Assembly: GCA_023261845.1 (NCBI GenBank) | Contig: JALNJZ010000001.1 | Span: 160,001 to 224,000 of the forward strand | Source of the DNA: Candidatus Terraquivivens tengchongensis | GTDB lineage: Archaea > Thermoproteota > Nitrososphaeria_A > Caldarchaeales > Wolframiiraptoraceae | Direction: 5' to 3' | Length of the DNA stretch: 64,000 nt | Shown here: positions 1 through 8,285 of the stretch, piece after piece | Numbering within the stretch: the first letter of the stretch is position 1 | Layout of the letters: each line of letters starts with the position of its first letter | The notes under the pieces: model-generated | The model's input: only the letters and a program-made list of their open reading frames with translations | Told to the model about the DNA's origin: nothing | Database searches by the model: none | Made by a program: the position numbers and the translations under genes

Positions 1-2
1 AG

Positions 3-782
3 GCGGGTATAGGGCATCCTGGCAGCAAGGGAAGGCATCTGCTCTATATGGAAAAGTGCACCGGATGCGGTTCTTGCGACCTGACATGTCAGAACATAGC
101 GGAGGCAATAACGATGACCTATGGTTTTGATGTTGTCACCGTCTTGGATGAGAAGTGTTATGAGTACTTTAAAGAATTCAGGCCAGAAATTGTAGAGGCC
201 TTGGATGCAATATTAAGTTCCTTCTCAGCAGAACCTAGCTGTATACAGTACAATTCTCTTAGCTCCTTTTTCTGGACACCAACAGATGTTAAACAAATTA
301 TAAAGGTGGATGGGAGATACGAAATTAAGTTGAATCTAGAACCAATCTTCGACGTGAGGGCTGTTGAGGTTCTTTACCAGAAGGTTTATCCTGGTGTCAA
401 GAAACTTAAGGTTACAGGCTGGGAACTGGGAAAGCTCGAGGCGGCGACGGAGTCTGCATCGGTTGAGCTTTCAAAGCAAGACCTTACGGTAAGCGTCCTC
501 GTGCGTAAAATAGACATGGGATATAAGCAGAACAGAAGATCATTTTTCCCATCGGTTGACTACGGCAGGTGTGTGATGTGTGGGTTCTGTGTTGACGCAT
601 GCCCGTTTCAAGCCTTGGAGATGACAAATGAATTTGAGCTATCAGCTCTCAGCAGGAGGGAACTAATATACACTCCGAGCATGCTAGCTAAGAGGCCAGA
701 AGAGTTTAACATTACTGGTGTTCCTCCAGAGCTTAACGTTATAGAAAGGGCGAGGATGGTCTTCAGGAGGTTGGTTTGGTAA
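3..782 (+). CDS. nuoI: NADH-quinone oxidoreductase subunit I-like 2x[4Fe-4S] protein, 5'-truncated by the window edge, with a large internal insertion
   Basis: Frame is open to the window start (GIGHPGSKGRHLLYMEKCTGCGSCDLTC). Second motif is DYGRCVMCGFCVDACP followed by ALEMTNEFEL. Adjacent to nuoA and nuoH. Confidence 0.8.
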   Translation, partial: AGIGHPGSKGRHLLYMEKCTGCGSCDLTCQNIAEAITMTYGFDVVTVLDEKCYEYFKEFRPEIVEALDAILSSFSAEPSCIQYNSLSSFFWTPTDVKQIIKVDGRYEIKLNLEPIFDVRAVEVLYQKVYPGVKKLKVTGWELGKLEAATESASVELSKQDLTVSVLVRKIDMGYKQNRRSFFPSVDYGRCVMCGFCVDACPFQALEMTNEFELSALSRRELIYTPSMLAKRPEEFNITGVPPELNVIERARMVFRRLVW

Positions 783-1129
783 TGACAGAAAAAGCTTCAC
801 CGATTAAGTTAAGGGAAGAGTTTCTTGAGTTAAGGGATATAATAAGGGACGTTCTCAAGAACCTAAGAGCATTCGTCGAGGTCGAAGACTACTCTTTCGT
901 TGAGAAAGCACGACAATTGTGTGAGAGCTTAGACGGAAAGGAGCTCTCAGGTTTTGAAGATTTAAAGAATAACGTAGAAACAATATACCTAGCGTATAGG
1001 CAAACGGGCGGTAAACTCGATACGGAGACCCATGCCCACTTGGTCAGCCAAGCTGTATACGCGATAGTGAGAGCCAATATATTGTTAACAGGTCTAGAGT
1101 TTAAAGTTAAGAGGATGCGTGGTTTCTAA
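776..1129 (+). CDS. Hypothetical helical protein within the nuo cluster
   Basis: 117-aa ORF overlapping the nuoI stop and ending just before nuoA. No recognised motif. Confidence 0.6.
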   Translation: MVMTEKASPIKLREEFLELRDIIRDVLKNLRAFVEVEDYSFVEKARQLCESLDGKELSGFEDLKNNVETIYLAYRQTGGKLDTETHAHLVSQAVYAIVRANILLTGLEFKVKRMRGF

Positions 1130-1145
1130 AGTTGGTGTTGCCGCT

Positions 1146-1499
1146 ATGAGTGTGGAGGCATTATTAACATTCGTGGTGGCGGCTTTCTTGGTGTCTTTGC
1201 TATTTGTTCTGTTAGGAATGCTTCTGAGTCATAAAAGAGTAAAAAGGACAAAGGTTCTCACCTTCGAGTGTGGCCAAAAGCCCTTCGAGTGGCGCATGCT
1301 GCAATTTCCTGTACAATACTTCCCTTATCTCTTAATCTACGTAGTTTACGCAGTCATATCCATATTAGTCCTAGTCTCCTTATTCTATGTCTTCGAAGTT
1401 CCAGATGCTTTAATGAGGGTGACTGTCTTCCTAGCAATCCTTGCATTCTCATCAATATTCGTCAGCATAAACTTAAAGAGATTGGTTCAGAGGGTATGA
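1146..1499 (+). CDS. nuoA: NADH-quinone oxidoreductase subunit A
   Basis: Three TM segments and a KVLTFECGQKP motif (FECG). ATG at 1146 preferred as start. Confidence 0.8.
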   Translation: MSVEALLTFVVAAFLVSLLFVLLGMLLSHKRVKRTKVLTFECGQKPFEWRMLQFPVQYFPYLLIYVVYAVISILVLVSLFYVFEVPDALMRVTVFLAILAFSSIFVSINLKRLVQRV

Positions 1500-1508
1500 G
1501 GTGAGCAG

Positions 1509-2579
1509 TTGTCATCGTTAATCCTTCAAGAGTACGCAAGGGCTGCCGCCAACTTCCTCAACGAATTGCCACACCCGTTAAAGGATTTCATACTATTCCT
1601 ACATAGCGATACCTTCATAAAGGCGATAATATTCCCTGGGCTGCTTTTCATACTCACATTTGTCATGTTTACAATATGGTTCGAAAGGAAGCTTCTTGCC
1701 AGGGTGATGGTAAGGTTAGGACCACTCCACGTAGGTAAGTATGCGGGCCTCCTCCAGCTCGTGGCTGACGCCGTGAAACTCTTATCAAAAGAGCTGATAG
1801 TTCCCGAGAAGGCCATAAAGCCACTTTACGTTTCTATGCCAATCTTATGTGGCGCACTCTCAATGCTGATATTTGCCTTTTTACCACTCGGCCCTGGCTG
1901 GGTCATACATCCGTCTGATATCAGCCTCCTATTGGTCTTCGTCATACTAGCAGTCACACCAATCACGATACTCGTGGCTGGATGGGCATCGAGAAGCAAG
2001 TACAGCTTTATCGGAATGGTTAGGTTAGCATTTCAAGTATTCTCTTATGAAGTACCATTCTTCTTGGCGATTGCCAGCATAACCTTGGCCGCGAGGTCCT
2101 TCAACCTAGAGAAGATCGTGGAGGCGCAAGCGGAACTACCGTTCATAATACCGGCACTACTCGGATTCATCGTATTTTTAATAACCGCCATCGCAGAAGT
2201 TGAGAGGGTCCCGTTCGATTTGCCAACAGCTGAGCAGGAGCTGGTCAGCGGATGGCAGACAGAGTACACGGGCGCATACTTCGCGCTGTTTTACTTTGCT
2301 GCTTACATAAAGCTCGACGCTATGGCAATCCTCACCGCCCTACTATTCCTTGGAGGATGGCACGGACCATCCATACCAGGCATACCTGAAAGCATTCTAG
2401 GACCTTTTTGGTTAATACTCAAGAGCTTAATAGTTGTCTTCTTGGTGTTGCTGCTTAGGGGCGTTTTTCCGAGGATTACATTGGATAAACTACTTGATAT
2501 TGGATGGAGAGTCCTTATACCGCTGGCACTACTAAACATTCTGATCGTTGCGGTTCTAATCCAGATAGGCCTAATTTAA
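1509..2579 (+). CDS. nuoH: NADH-quinone oxidoreductase subunit H
   Basis: WFERKLLAR..RLGP, GLLQLVADAVKLLSKE, ERVPFDLPTAEQELVSGWQTEY motifs. Confidence 0.95.
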   Translation: MSSLILQEYARAAANFLNELPHPLKDFILFLHSDTFIKAIIFPGLLFILTFVMFTIWFERKLLARVMVRLGPLHVGKYAGLLQLVADAVKLLSKELIVPEKAIKPLYVSMPILCGALSMLIFAFLPLGPGWVIHPSDISLLLVFVILAVTPITILVAGWASRSKYSFIGMVRLAFQVFSYEVPFFLAIASITLAARSFNLEKIVEAQAELPFIIPALLGFIVFLITAIAEVERVPFDLPTAEQELVSGWQTEYTGAYFALFYFAAYIKLDAMAILTALLFLGGWHGPSIPGIPESILGPFWLILKSLIVVFLVLLLRGVFPRITLDKLLDIGWRVLIPLALLNILIVAVLIQIGLI

Positions 2580-2589
2580 CACCCCTAGC

Positions 2590-3906
2590 TCAAGGCTCAA
2601 GTCTGAATTTATCCCTTGGGAAAAGTATGACCTCTCGAATATTAGTCCTCCTAGTGAGTACCATCATCAACCTATCAAACCCAAGACCCCATCCAGCGTG
2701 CACGGGCATTCCATAATCAAAGACTGAAAGATGACTTTTGAAATTCTCAGGATTTAAGCCCTGCTCTTTTAGCCTCTTCTCCAGCAAGCTCCTATCAGAT
2801 ATCCTTGTCCCTCCTGAAGCAAGCTCGAGCCATTGGTACATCAAGTCGAACGACTCTGAGACCTCTGGGTCCTCTTCACAAGGTTGGATATAGAATGGCT
2901 TCGTCTTCGTCGGGAAGTGCGTTATGAAGTAGTAGTAGGGATGTTTCTTCCCGAGTATTCGGTTCTCCTCAGTTCCGAAGTCGTCGCCCCATTTTAACTC
3001 TCTACCCTCTTTCCTTAGCTCCTCAAGCATTTCCTTGTAAGTAAATCTCTTTAACGGTAGCTGAATTGGCTTAAGTGTGGCGTTCAGCAAACTCAACTCT
3101 TCTGCATTATTCTTGATAACTGCGTCAATTACGTGTGCAATCAGCCTCTCTAATACGTTCATGACGTCGTAAATATCGGCAAACGCCATTTCGATGTCTA
3201 CCGATGTAAACTCGCTAACGTGTCTCCTAGTGTGCGATTCTTCAGCCCTGAAGAATGGGCCTATCTCGAAGACCTTTTCGAAAACCGTTGTTAGTTGCTC
3301 TTTGTAAAGCTGCGGGCTCTGGGCGAGGTATGCTGTCCTATCAAAGTATTGAACAGGAAAAAGCGCAGCGCCACCTTCTGTAGCAGTTGCTATTATTTTT
3401 GGTGTTCTGATTTCTACAAAGCCCTCCTTCAAAAAGAATTCCCTTATCGCTTCGAGCGCTGTTGTAGCTACCCTGAATATCGCTCTGTTCTCTGGTTTTC
3501 GAAGGTCAAGTATTCTATAGTTAAGCCTCGTGTCAATACCAGCTGGAACTTTTCCTGTCACGTCGTAGGGTATCGGTTGTCGTGCTTTACTAAGAATTCC
3601 TAACTTCTTTAGCCTCACCTCTACGCCGAGTCTTGCCTTTGGTTCTTCACTAACAATACCGCTAACATACACAACGTCCTCATTACCAAGCTCTTCCAAC
3701 GCTGAAAGTTCATCCTTCGATAACTCGGACTTCTTGGCAGTGATTTGGCATATTCCAGAAGCATCACGAAGTAAGATAAATTTTATACCGCCCAAGTCTC
3801 TAATCTCATGAACCCATCCGACCAAGTGAACTTCTTGACCGTTCAATTCCGGCTTTATCTGGCGCGCAACATGGGTTCTAATCCAAGTTTTCTTTACCAA
3901 GAACAA
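2590..3906 (-). CDS. aspS: Aspartyl-tRNA synthetase (archaeal type)
   Basis: GWVHEIRDLGG OB fold, YLAQSPQLYK, FRAEESHTRRH, GWGLGFDRL, FPRD. Confidence 0.95.
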   Translation of the reverse strand: MFLVKKTWIRTHVARQIKPELNGQEVHLVGWVHEIRDLGGIKFILLRDASGICQITAKKSELSKDELSALEELGNEDVVYVSGIVSEEPKARLGVEVRLKKLGILSKARQPIPYDVTGKVPAGIDTRLNYRILDLRKPENRAIFRVATTALEAIREFFLKEGFVEIRTPKIIATATEGGAALFPVQYFDRTAYLAQSPQLYKEQLTTVFEKVFEIGPFFRAEESHTRRHVSEFTSVDIEMAFADIYDVMNVLERLIAHVIDAVIKNNAEELSLLNATLKPIQLPLKRFTYKEMLEELRKEGRELKWGDDFGTEENRILGKKHPYYYFITHFPTKTKPFYIQPCEEDPEVSESFDLMYQWLELASGGTRISDRSLLEKRLKEQGLNPENFKSHLSVFDYGMPVHAGWGLGFDRLMMVLTRRTNIREVILFPRDKFRLEP

Positions 3907-3927
3907 TCATCCCGCTTTGGATGATTG

Positions 3928-4524
3928 TTATGTAACGTTCTGTCTTTTATCCCTATCTTCGGGGGTGCCCACTTCTTTGGTCAATTTCTGCTTTATTGGA
4001 CGTGTCACTCTCCGTGACCTTTTTGCAAAGTCCACCTTAAGGTTTATGTTTTTTGTTATCCTAGAAATTTCTTGGAGAGATTCAACACTAATCTTCAGAT
4101 TCTTCTCATCATCAAGAATCATCCTTATCTCCATAGAGTTGTCTGGTAACCATATCTTGTTGATGGCAACGATTCTAGCTGGTGCGACAAGCGGTTCTAA
4201 GAATCTACCTATGTCAGGAGAGTCTTCTATAAGCCTAACATTTTTTCCTAAAATGTCTGAAAGTTTCCTCCTTAACGATATCAACAAATGTTGAGGCATT
4301 GTGATCAGGTTTCCGTTCCTTAACACAACAACTATTGCATCTTTAGTGTCCACACTCTTTACATAACATGTAGATTGAAGCTGGTGAAAGTTCTTCTCCA
4401 GTTCAAGAAGAGCCCTCATCACTTTTATGTCTAGCTCTGATACCTCGCCACGCCTGATCTTATCTTCGCATCTTTCACAAAAGATACCTATCTTTAAGTC
4501 GAACGTGCAGACCGGTATTTCCAT
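3928..4524 (-). CDS. NusA-like (KH-domain) transcription elongation factor with N-terminal Cys motif
   Basis: MEIPVCTFDLKIGIFCERCE..GEVSELD, typical of the archaeal NusA-like family. Confidence 0.7.
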   Translation of the reverse strand: MEIPVCTFDLKIGIFCERCEDKIRRGEVSELDIKVMRALLELEKNFHQLQSTCYVKSVDTKDAIVVVLRNGNLITMPQHLLISLRRKLSDILGKNVRLIEDSPDIGRFLEPLVAPARIVAINKIWLPDNSMEIRMILDDEKNLKISVESLQEISRITKNINLKVDFAKRSRRVTRPIKQKLTKEVGTPEDRDKRQNVT

Positions 4525-4595
4525 CTCGTACACCATCCAGTAGCCCACCATCGCACGACTGGCAGTCGTATGGTTGACGGGCTTTGGAAAACCAG

Positions 4596-4877
4596 TTACC
4601 TGCTGATGCTGATCTCTATTGTGCTCACGTTTATTGTTCGGTTATCCTGACCCGTCACCTGATCAGTACCTATTTTTATGTCTGTTATCTTTAGGTCCTT
4701 GTAGAACCTATTCTGAAGTATCTGGACGAGGTCAACCGCCTTGCTTATTGCCCGTCCCCTAGCCTTTACGACTATGTTGTTGGAGCCGCCCTGAAGGCTT
4801 GTCAGGCAGGCGAGTACGTAATTCATCAAGGGTTTCTTACCTATGAGTATCGTGGACACCGGCTGTTCCTTTGACAT
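4596..4877 (-). CDS. albA: DNA/RNA-binding protein Alba
   Basis: IGKKPLMNYVLA, VKARGRAISKAVD, NVSTIEI. Confidence 0.95.
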   Translation of the reverse strand: MSKEQPVSTILIGKKPLMNYVLACLTSLQGGSNNIVVKARGRAISKAVDLVQILQNRFYKDLKITDIKIGTDQVTGQDNRTINVSTIEISISR

Positions 4878-5024
4878 TCCTGCTCACCAGCCTTTTTCTG
4901 CTAGCGGGGGCTACTGTGGATAGCTCCTGGACCCTAAATAAATACTTTCTCCGAGGGTGGAGGTCTTCTAATAGGATAAAGTTTAAGAAAGGCCTTATTT
5001 AGCGGCTTTAGGGTAGCTGTTGAC

Positions 5025-5186
5025 ATGCCGATAAGGGATACCGAGTTACTGCAATTGGCTCAAAGACGCAGGCTATACGTGAAAATATGTAGGAATTGTG
5101 GTGTAAGGAATGCTGCTTCCGCGGAAAAGTGTAGAAAGTGTAGAAGCAGGAATCTCAGATGGAAGAGGCGAGAGATAAAGCGCTAG
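5025..5186 (+). CDS. rpl40e: 50S ribosomal protein L40e (not in the ORF track)
   Basis: Manual translation MPIRDTELLQLAQRRRLYVKICRNCGVRNAASAEKCRKCRSRNLRWKRREIKR. Confidence 0.93.
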   Translation: MPIRDTELLQLAQRRRLYVKICRNCGVRNAASAEKCRKCRSRNLRWKRREIKR

Positions 5187-5269
5187 ACTAGCTCTAACAT
5201 CTGCTATGAGAATTGCTGTGTCATAGGTTCAGGATATTCTGGAAAACGGGGATTCTTCCATATTAGATA

Positions 5270-5459
5270 GCAGGATTTTAGTGAAATCTTTTGAAGCTCT
5301 CAATATATTAATCCGCTCTTAAGTAGAATTTGTAAATTTCTTTTAGCTTCAACGAGTGACATATTACCATACTTTAGCTACATCTGTCAATCTCCCGGGG
5401 TTTTCTCTTAAATATTCGAGGACGTATTGTCTTTCTGGTGAGGAGAGAGTTGCCCTCAC
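5270..5459 (-). pseudogene. Degenerate ArsR-like winged-HTH regulator relic
   Basis: LSSPERQYVLEYLRENPGRLTDVAK, then a frameshift to NMSLVEAKRNLQILLKSGLIY and a stop. Confidence 0.45.
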
Positions 5460-5504
5460 CTCCCACAATCTTTGCTTTATTAAATGTTATGTAGTATTTC
5501 GTTA

Positions 5505-5610
5505 TAAAAAATTATGGTAAGCATACATACTCTTTGGCCATAATGTTCCATAAACTGGTGCGTCGAGAAAATCTAAACCCATACTTGCTAAGTTTTTTCT
5601 CGGCAAATTA
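5505..5610 (-). pseudogene. Relic fragment of a second beta-hydroxyacid dehydrogenase paralog
   Basis: Translates KNLASMGLDFLDAPVYG. 22 bp (5552-5573) are identical to 6139-6160 of the neighbouring gene. Confidence 0.6.
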
Positions 5611-5623
5611 TTTTTGAAAGCAA

Positions 5624-6502
5624 CTACTTTAATCCGGCTAACTCTTCTAACAACGTTATTAGCGATTGGGTTCCATCGAGTCCGTGTCCTTTCTGATCTA
5701 ATGCCTTAATAAGCTCAGCCACTAGGTTGGTGCCCAGTAAAGATAACCCAAGCTGTTCAGCTATCTCCTGAATAATGCGTAAGTCTTTTCGCAAGTGTTG
5801 AACTTTAAAACCAGATGTGAAGTCTCGCTTTATCATCCTTGGCCCGAGCACGGTAAGTTGCCAAGAGCTTCCTGCACCAGTACTAATAACTTCGATAACT
5901 TTCTGTTGATCAAGACCGACCTTCTTTGCTAGAAGGAGGGCTTCACAGGTTGCGAGTAAGTTGAGGCTGACTGCTATCTGATTACAAAGCTTGGTGAAAG
6001 CGCCCATTCCCGGACCGCCCATATAAAATATTTTGTCACCCATAGACCTGAAGATTGGCAGAGCTCTCTCATAGGTTTCATATTTTCCACCAACCATTAT
6101 AGTAAGCGTACCTGTCTCTGCAGCCATTGTGCTACCAGAAACTGGTGCGTCGAGAAAATCCACACCTTTATCAGCTAACATTTTGTGAAGTTCTTGAGCG
6201 AGGTATGGTGAGACCGTGGACATGTCGATAACAACCATACCCCTTCTAACTCCCTCAATTACGCCATTGCTTCCAGCGATTACAAAACGTACATCTGGAT
6301 TGTCGGGCAACATCGTGATAACAAATTCTGAACGCTCAGCCACCTCACGGGGCGATGATGCAGGAATTGCACCTAACGCCGTCAATTCTTCGACAGGTTT
6401 AGAGCTTCGATTATATACTACTAACCTATATCCAGCCTTCAGCAACCTGGTTGCCATGGGTTTTCCCATTAATCCGAGACCTATGAAACCAACAGAGCTC
6501 AT
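5624..6502 (-). CDS. NAD(P)-dependent beta-hydroxyacid dehydrogenase (GarR/MmsB family)
   Basis: GFIGLGLMG, FLDAPVSGS, GTLTIMVGG, KLCNQ, KDL. Confidence 0.92.
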   Translation of the reverse strand: MSSVGFIGLGLMGKPMATRLLKAGYRLVVYNRSSKPVEELTALGAIPASSPREVAERSEFVITMLPDNPDVRFVIAGSNGVIEGVRRGMVVIDMSTVSPYLAQELHKMLADKGVDFLDAPVSGSTMAAETGTLTIMVGGKYETYERALPIFRSMGDKIFYMGGPGMGAFTKLCNQIAVSLNLLATCEALLLAKKVGLDQQKVIEVISTGAGSSWQLTVLGPRMIKRDFTSGFKVQHLRKDLRIIQEIAEQLGLSLLGTNLVAELIKALDQKGHGLDGTQSLITLLEELAGLK

Positions 6503-6646
6503 GCTGCAAAGGTTGTGATTGAATGATTTTTAGTTTTTCGGATTTAGTTGTTGAAAATTAAGGTTAGGAATAATCCTACCCTTACCTGATATTCATCGCT
6601 AACTTCTCGACAATGCAAAAGGCTTTGTATAATCTAAGAGTTATCT

Positions 6647-7018
6647 TCACCCGCCCGCCCTTAGCAGGCCTAGCTCTACCCTCAGTTTTAGCGTCTTGTT
6701 GAAGGTATCGTTACCAGAGCTATAAGTCTTAATGCTTACTATCGGAGCAGGGTCTGCTATGGCGAGGCTCTTTCCTGTGCTAAAGCCTGGCAGGCTACTA
6801 AAAGGTTTCCAGACGGTGGAAATGCTGATGAGTATCTCGGACTCATCCTTTTTACCAAAGACCTTATAATTACCTTCGCCCTCCTTTTTGACTTCGAAAG
6901 TTATACCCAAGTTGCTCAGGACTCTCTTCACGTCATCCAATATCGTATCTGGAGAGAAGAGTGTGATCACCCTCTCATCTATTAACCTCATATCTCTCAT
7001 TATCTGAAATACGTGCAT
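6647..7018 (-). CDS. Small protein with C-terminal LLRAGG (DUF1952/MoaD-related C-terminal family-like)
   Basis: Ends LKLRVELGLLRAGG. Family assigned from memory of the terminal motif only. Confidence 0.5.
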   Translation of the reverse strand: MHVFQIMRDMRLIDERVITLFSPDTILDDVKRVLSNLGITFEVKKEGEGNYKVFGKKDESEILISISTVWKPFSSLPGFSTGKSLAIADPAPIVSIKTYSSGNDTFNKTLKLRVELGLLRAGG

Positions 7019-7147
7019 CCTTGCATAAAATCGTTTACAAGCTTGTAAAGGGTCGGCCTGGCTTCTTGAGGCCGTTTCCTTTAAGACTCTACTTAAGCCC
7101 CCTTGCGGCTTATCGTCTTCCTAAATATCTATGATTGTTCATGTAAA

Positions 7148-7255
7148 TGGGGCCGGTGGGGTTCGAACCCACGACCTCCGCCGTTTCCCAGCAATATCAT
7201 GGCGCCGTGAGGGCGGCCTTATGCGAAACGCGTCATACCGCTAGACCACGGCCCC
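7148..7255 (-). tRNA. tRNA-Val(CAC) with two introns (about 25/26 and anticodon loop)
   Basis: GGGGCCGTGGTCTAGCGGTATGAC[GCGTTTCGCATAAG]GCCGCCCTCAC[22-nt insert]..GGCGGAGGTCGTGGGTTCGAACCCCACCGGCCCCA. The first intron has a BHB with TATG/CATA central helix. Confidence 0.88.
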
Positions 7256-7312
7256 AATCCTCGCTAACCGTTTTCGATTTTCCTCTAAATAACTCTTAAA
7301 GGCGGCGATACT

Positions 7313-8170
7313 TTAGACCCTTCGTCCGATGCTTTCCGGGGAGATCTTCTTGCCCATGAAGAATGATGCCGTCAGCCCGAACGCCAGTACGGTGCCGCCC
7401 GCTATTATGAACAGATTCTTGACCCAAAAGATGTATTCGGGCTTAATGACCTTGCTGAATATAGCATCGCCAAAGGGCGTCATAACCACACCTATGTAAA
7501 TGGCCACGAACAACAAGAATATCATGAGTGAGTTGTAGAACAGGTCTCTAGGTTTGTCGTTACCGAAAACCTCAGACCTTACGACCGTGGCAAACCTTTC
7601 AGATACGATCGGCGCTACCCCTCTGTAAAGAGGAGGTACTAAAGCAATGACGAATGGTATCATCGTAACCATCCAGAACAACGTGAGACCGAGTATCGTA
7701 AGAAGTTTCTCGCCAATAGTCCATGCTGCCCACTTCGGTACAGCAAAGGAAAAGTAGGCCGTTGTACCGGTCGCTGCTATGAAGTTTCCAACGAATAACG
7801 ATATAACGCTACTTGAGATGAAGGAACGCCATGCCCTACTTTTTGATAGCAACCAACTCAACAAGTAAAAACCAACGAAATTCCCCGGAACACCCGATAC
7901 CAAACTCAGTACAGGGTTACTTAGACCGAACGTAGCGAGGATAAAGCTAGCCATAAATGTGCCTATAGCAGCACCTGTTCCTGCTATGAAGGGTGTGGAG
8001 ATTAGCGCAAACAAGACGGGCACTATTACGCCAGGCCTGAAGTGACCCACACCCCAAGGAGTAGGTATAGGCGAAGTGGCTGCCGAGGCGGCTGCGTAAA
8101 GCGCAGCGCAAATTGCGATAAGCGCGACCGTCTTGCTTATGTTCTTATGAGTTTCCTTCGCATTAGACAT
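7313..8170 (-). CDS. ECF transporter S-component-like membrane protein
   Basis: VALIAICAALYA, FRPGVIVP, GAAIGTF, SGVPGNFVGF. Multi-TM. Confidence 0.65.
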   Translation of the reverse strand: MSNAKETHKNISKTVALIAICAALYAAASAATSPIPTPWGVGHFRPGVIVPVLFALISTPFIAGTGAAIGTFMASFILATFGLSNPVLSLVSGVPGNFVGFYLLSWLLSKSRAWRSFISSSVISLFVGNFIAATGTTAYFSFAVPKWAAWTIGEKLLTILGLTLFWMVTMIPFVIALVPPLYRGVAPIVSERFATVVRSEVFGNDKPRDLFYNSLMIFLLFVAIYIGVVMTPFGDAIFSKVIKPEYIFWVKNLFIIAGGTVLAFGLTASFFMGKKISPESIGRRV

Positions 8171-8285
8171 AATTACCCTAAATTACTTAAATCTGGACTG
8201 TAAAAAGGCTAGCCGAATTAAACTACGTAACTTACGTATGATTCGTCAACATATGATAACGTTGGCTCAGTTTTAAACCAGGTTA

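Noticed and set aside
120-520. Intein in nuoI
   Set aside because: No intein splice-junction residues or LAGLIDADG motifs.
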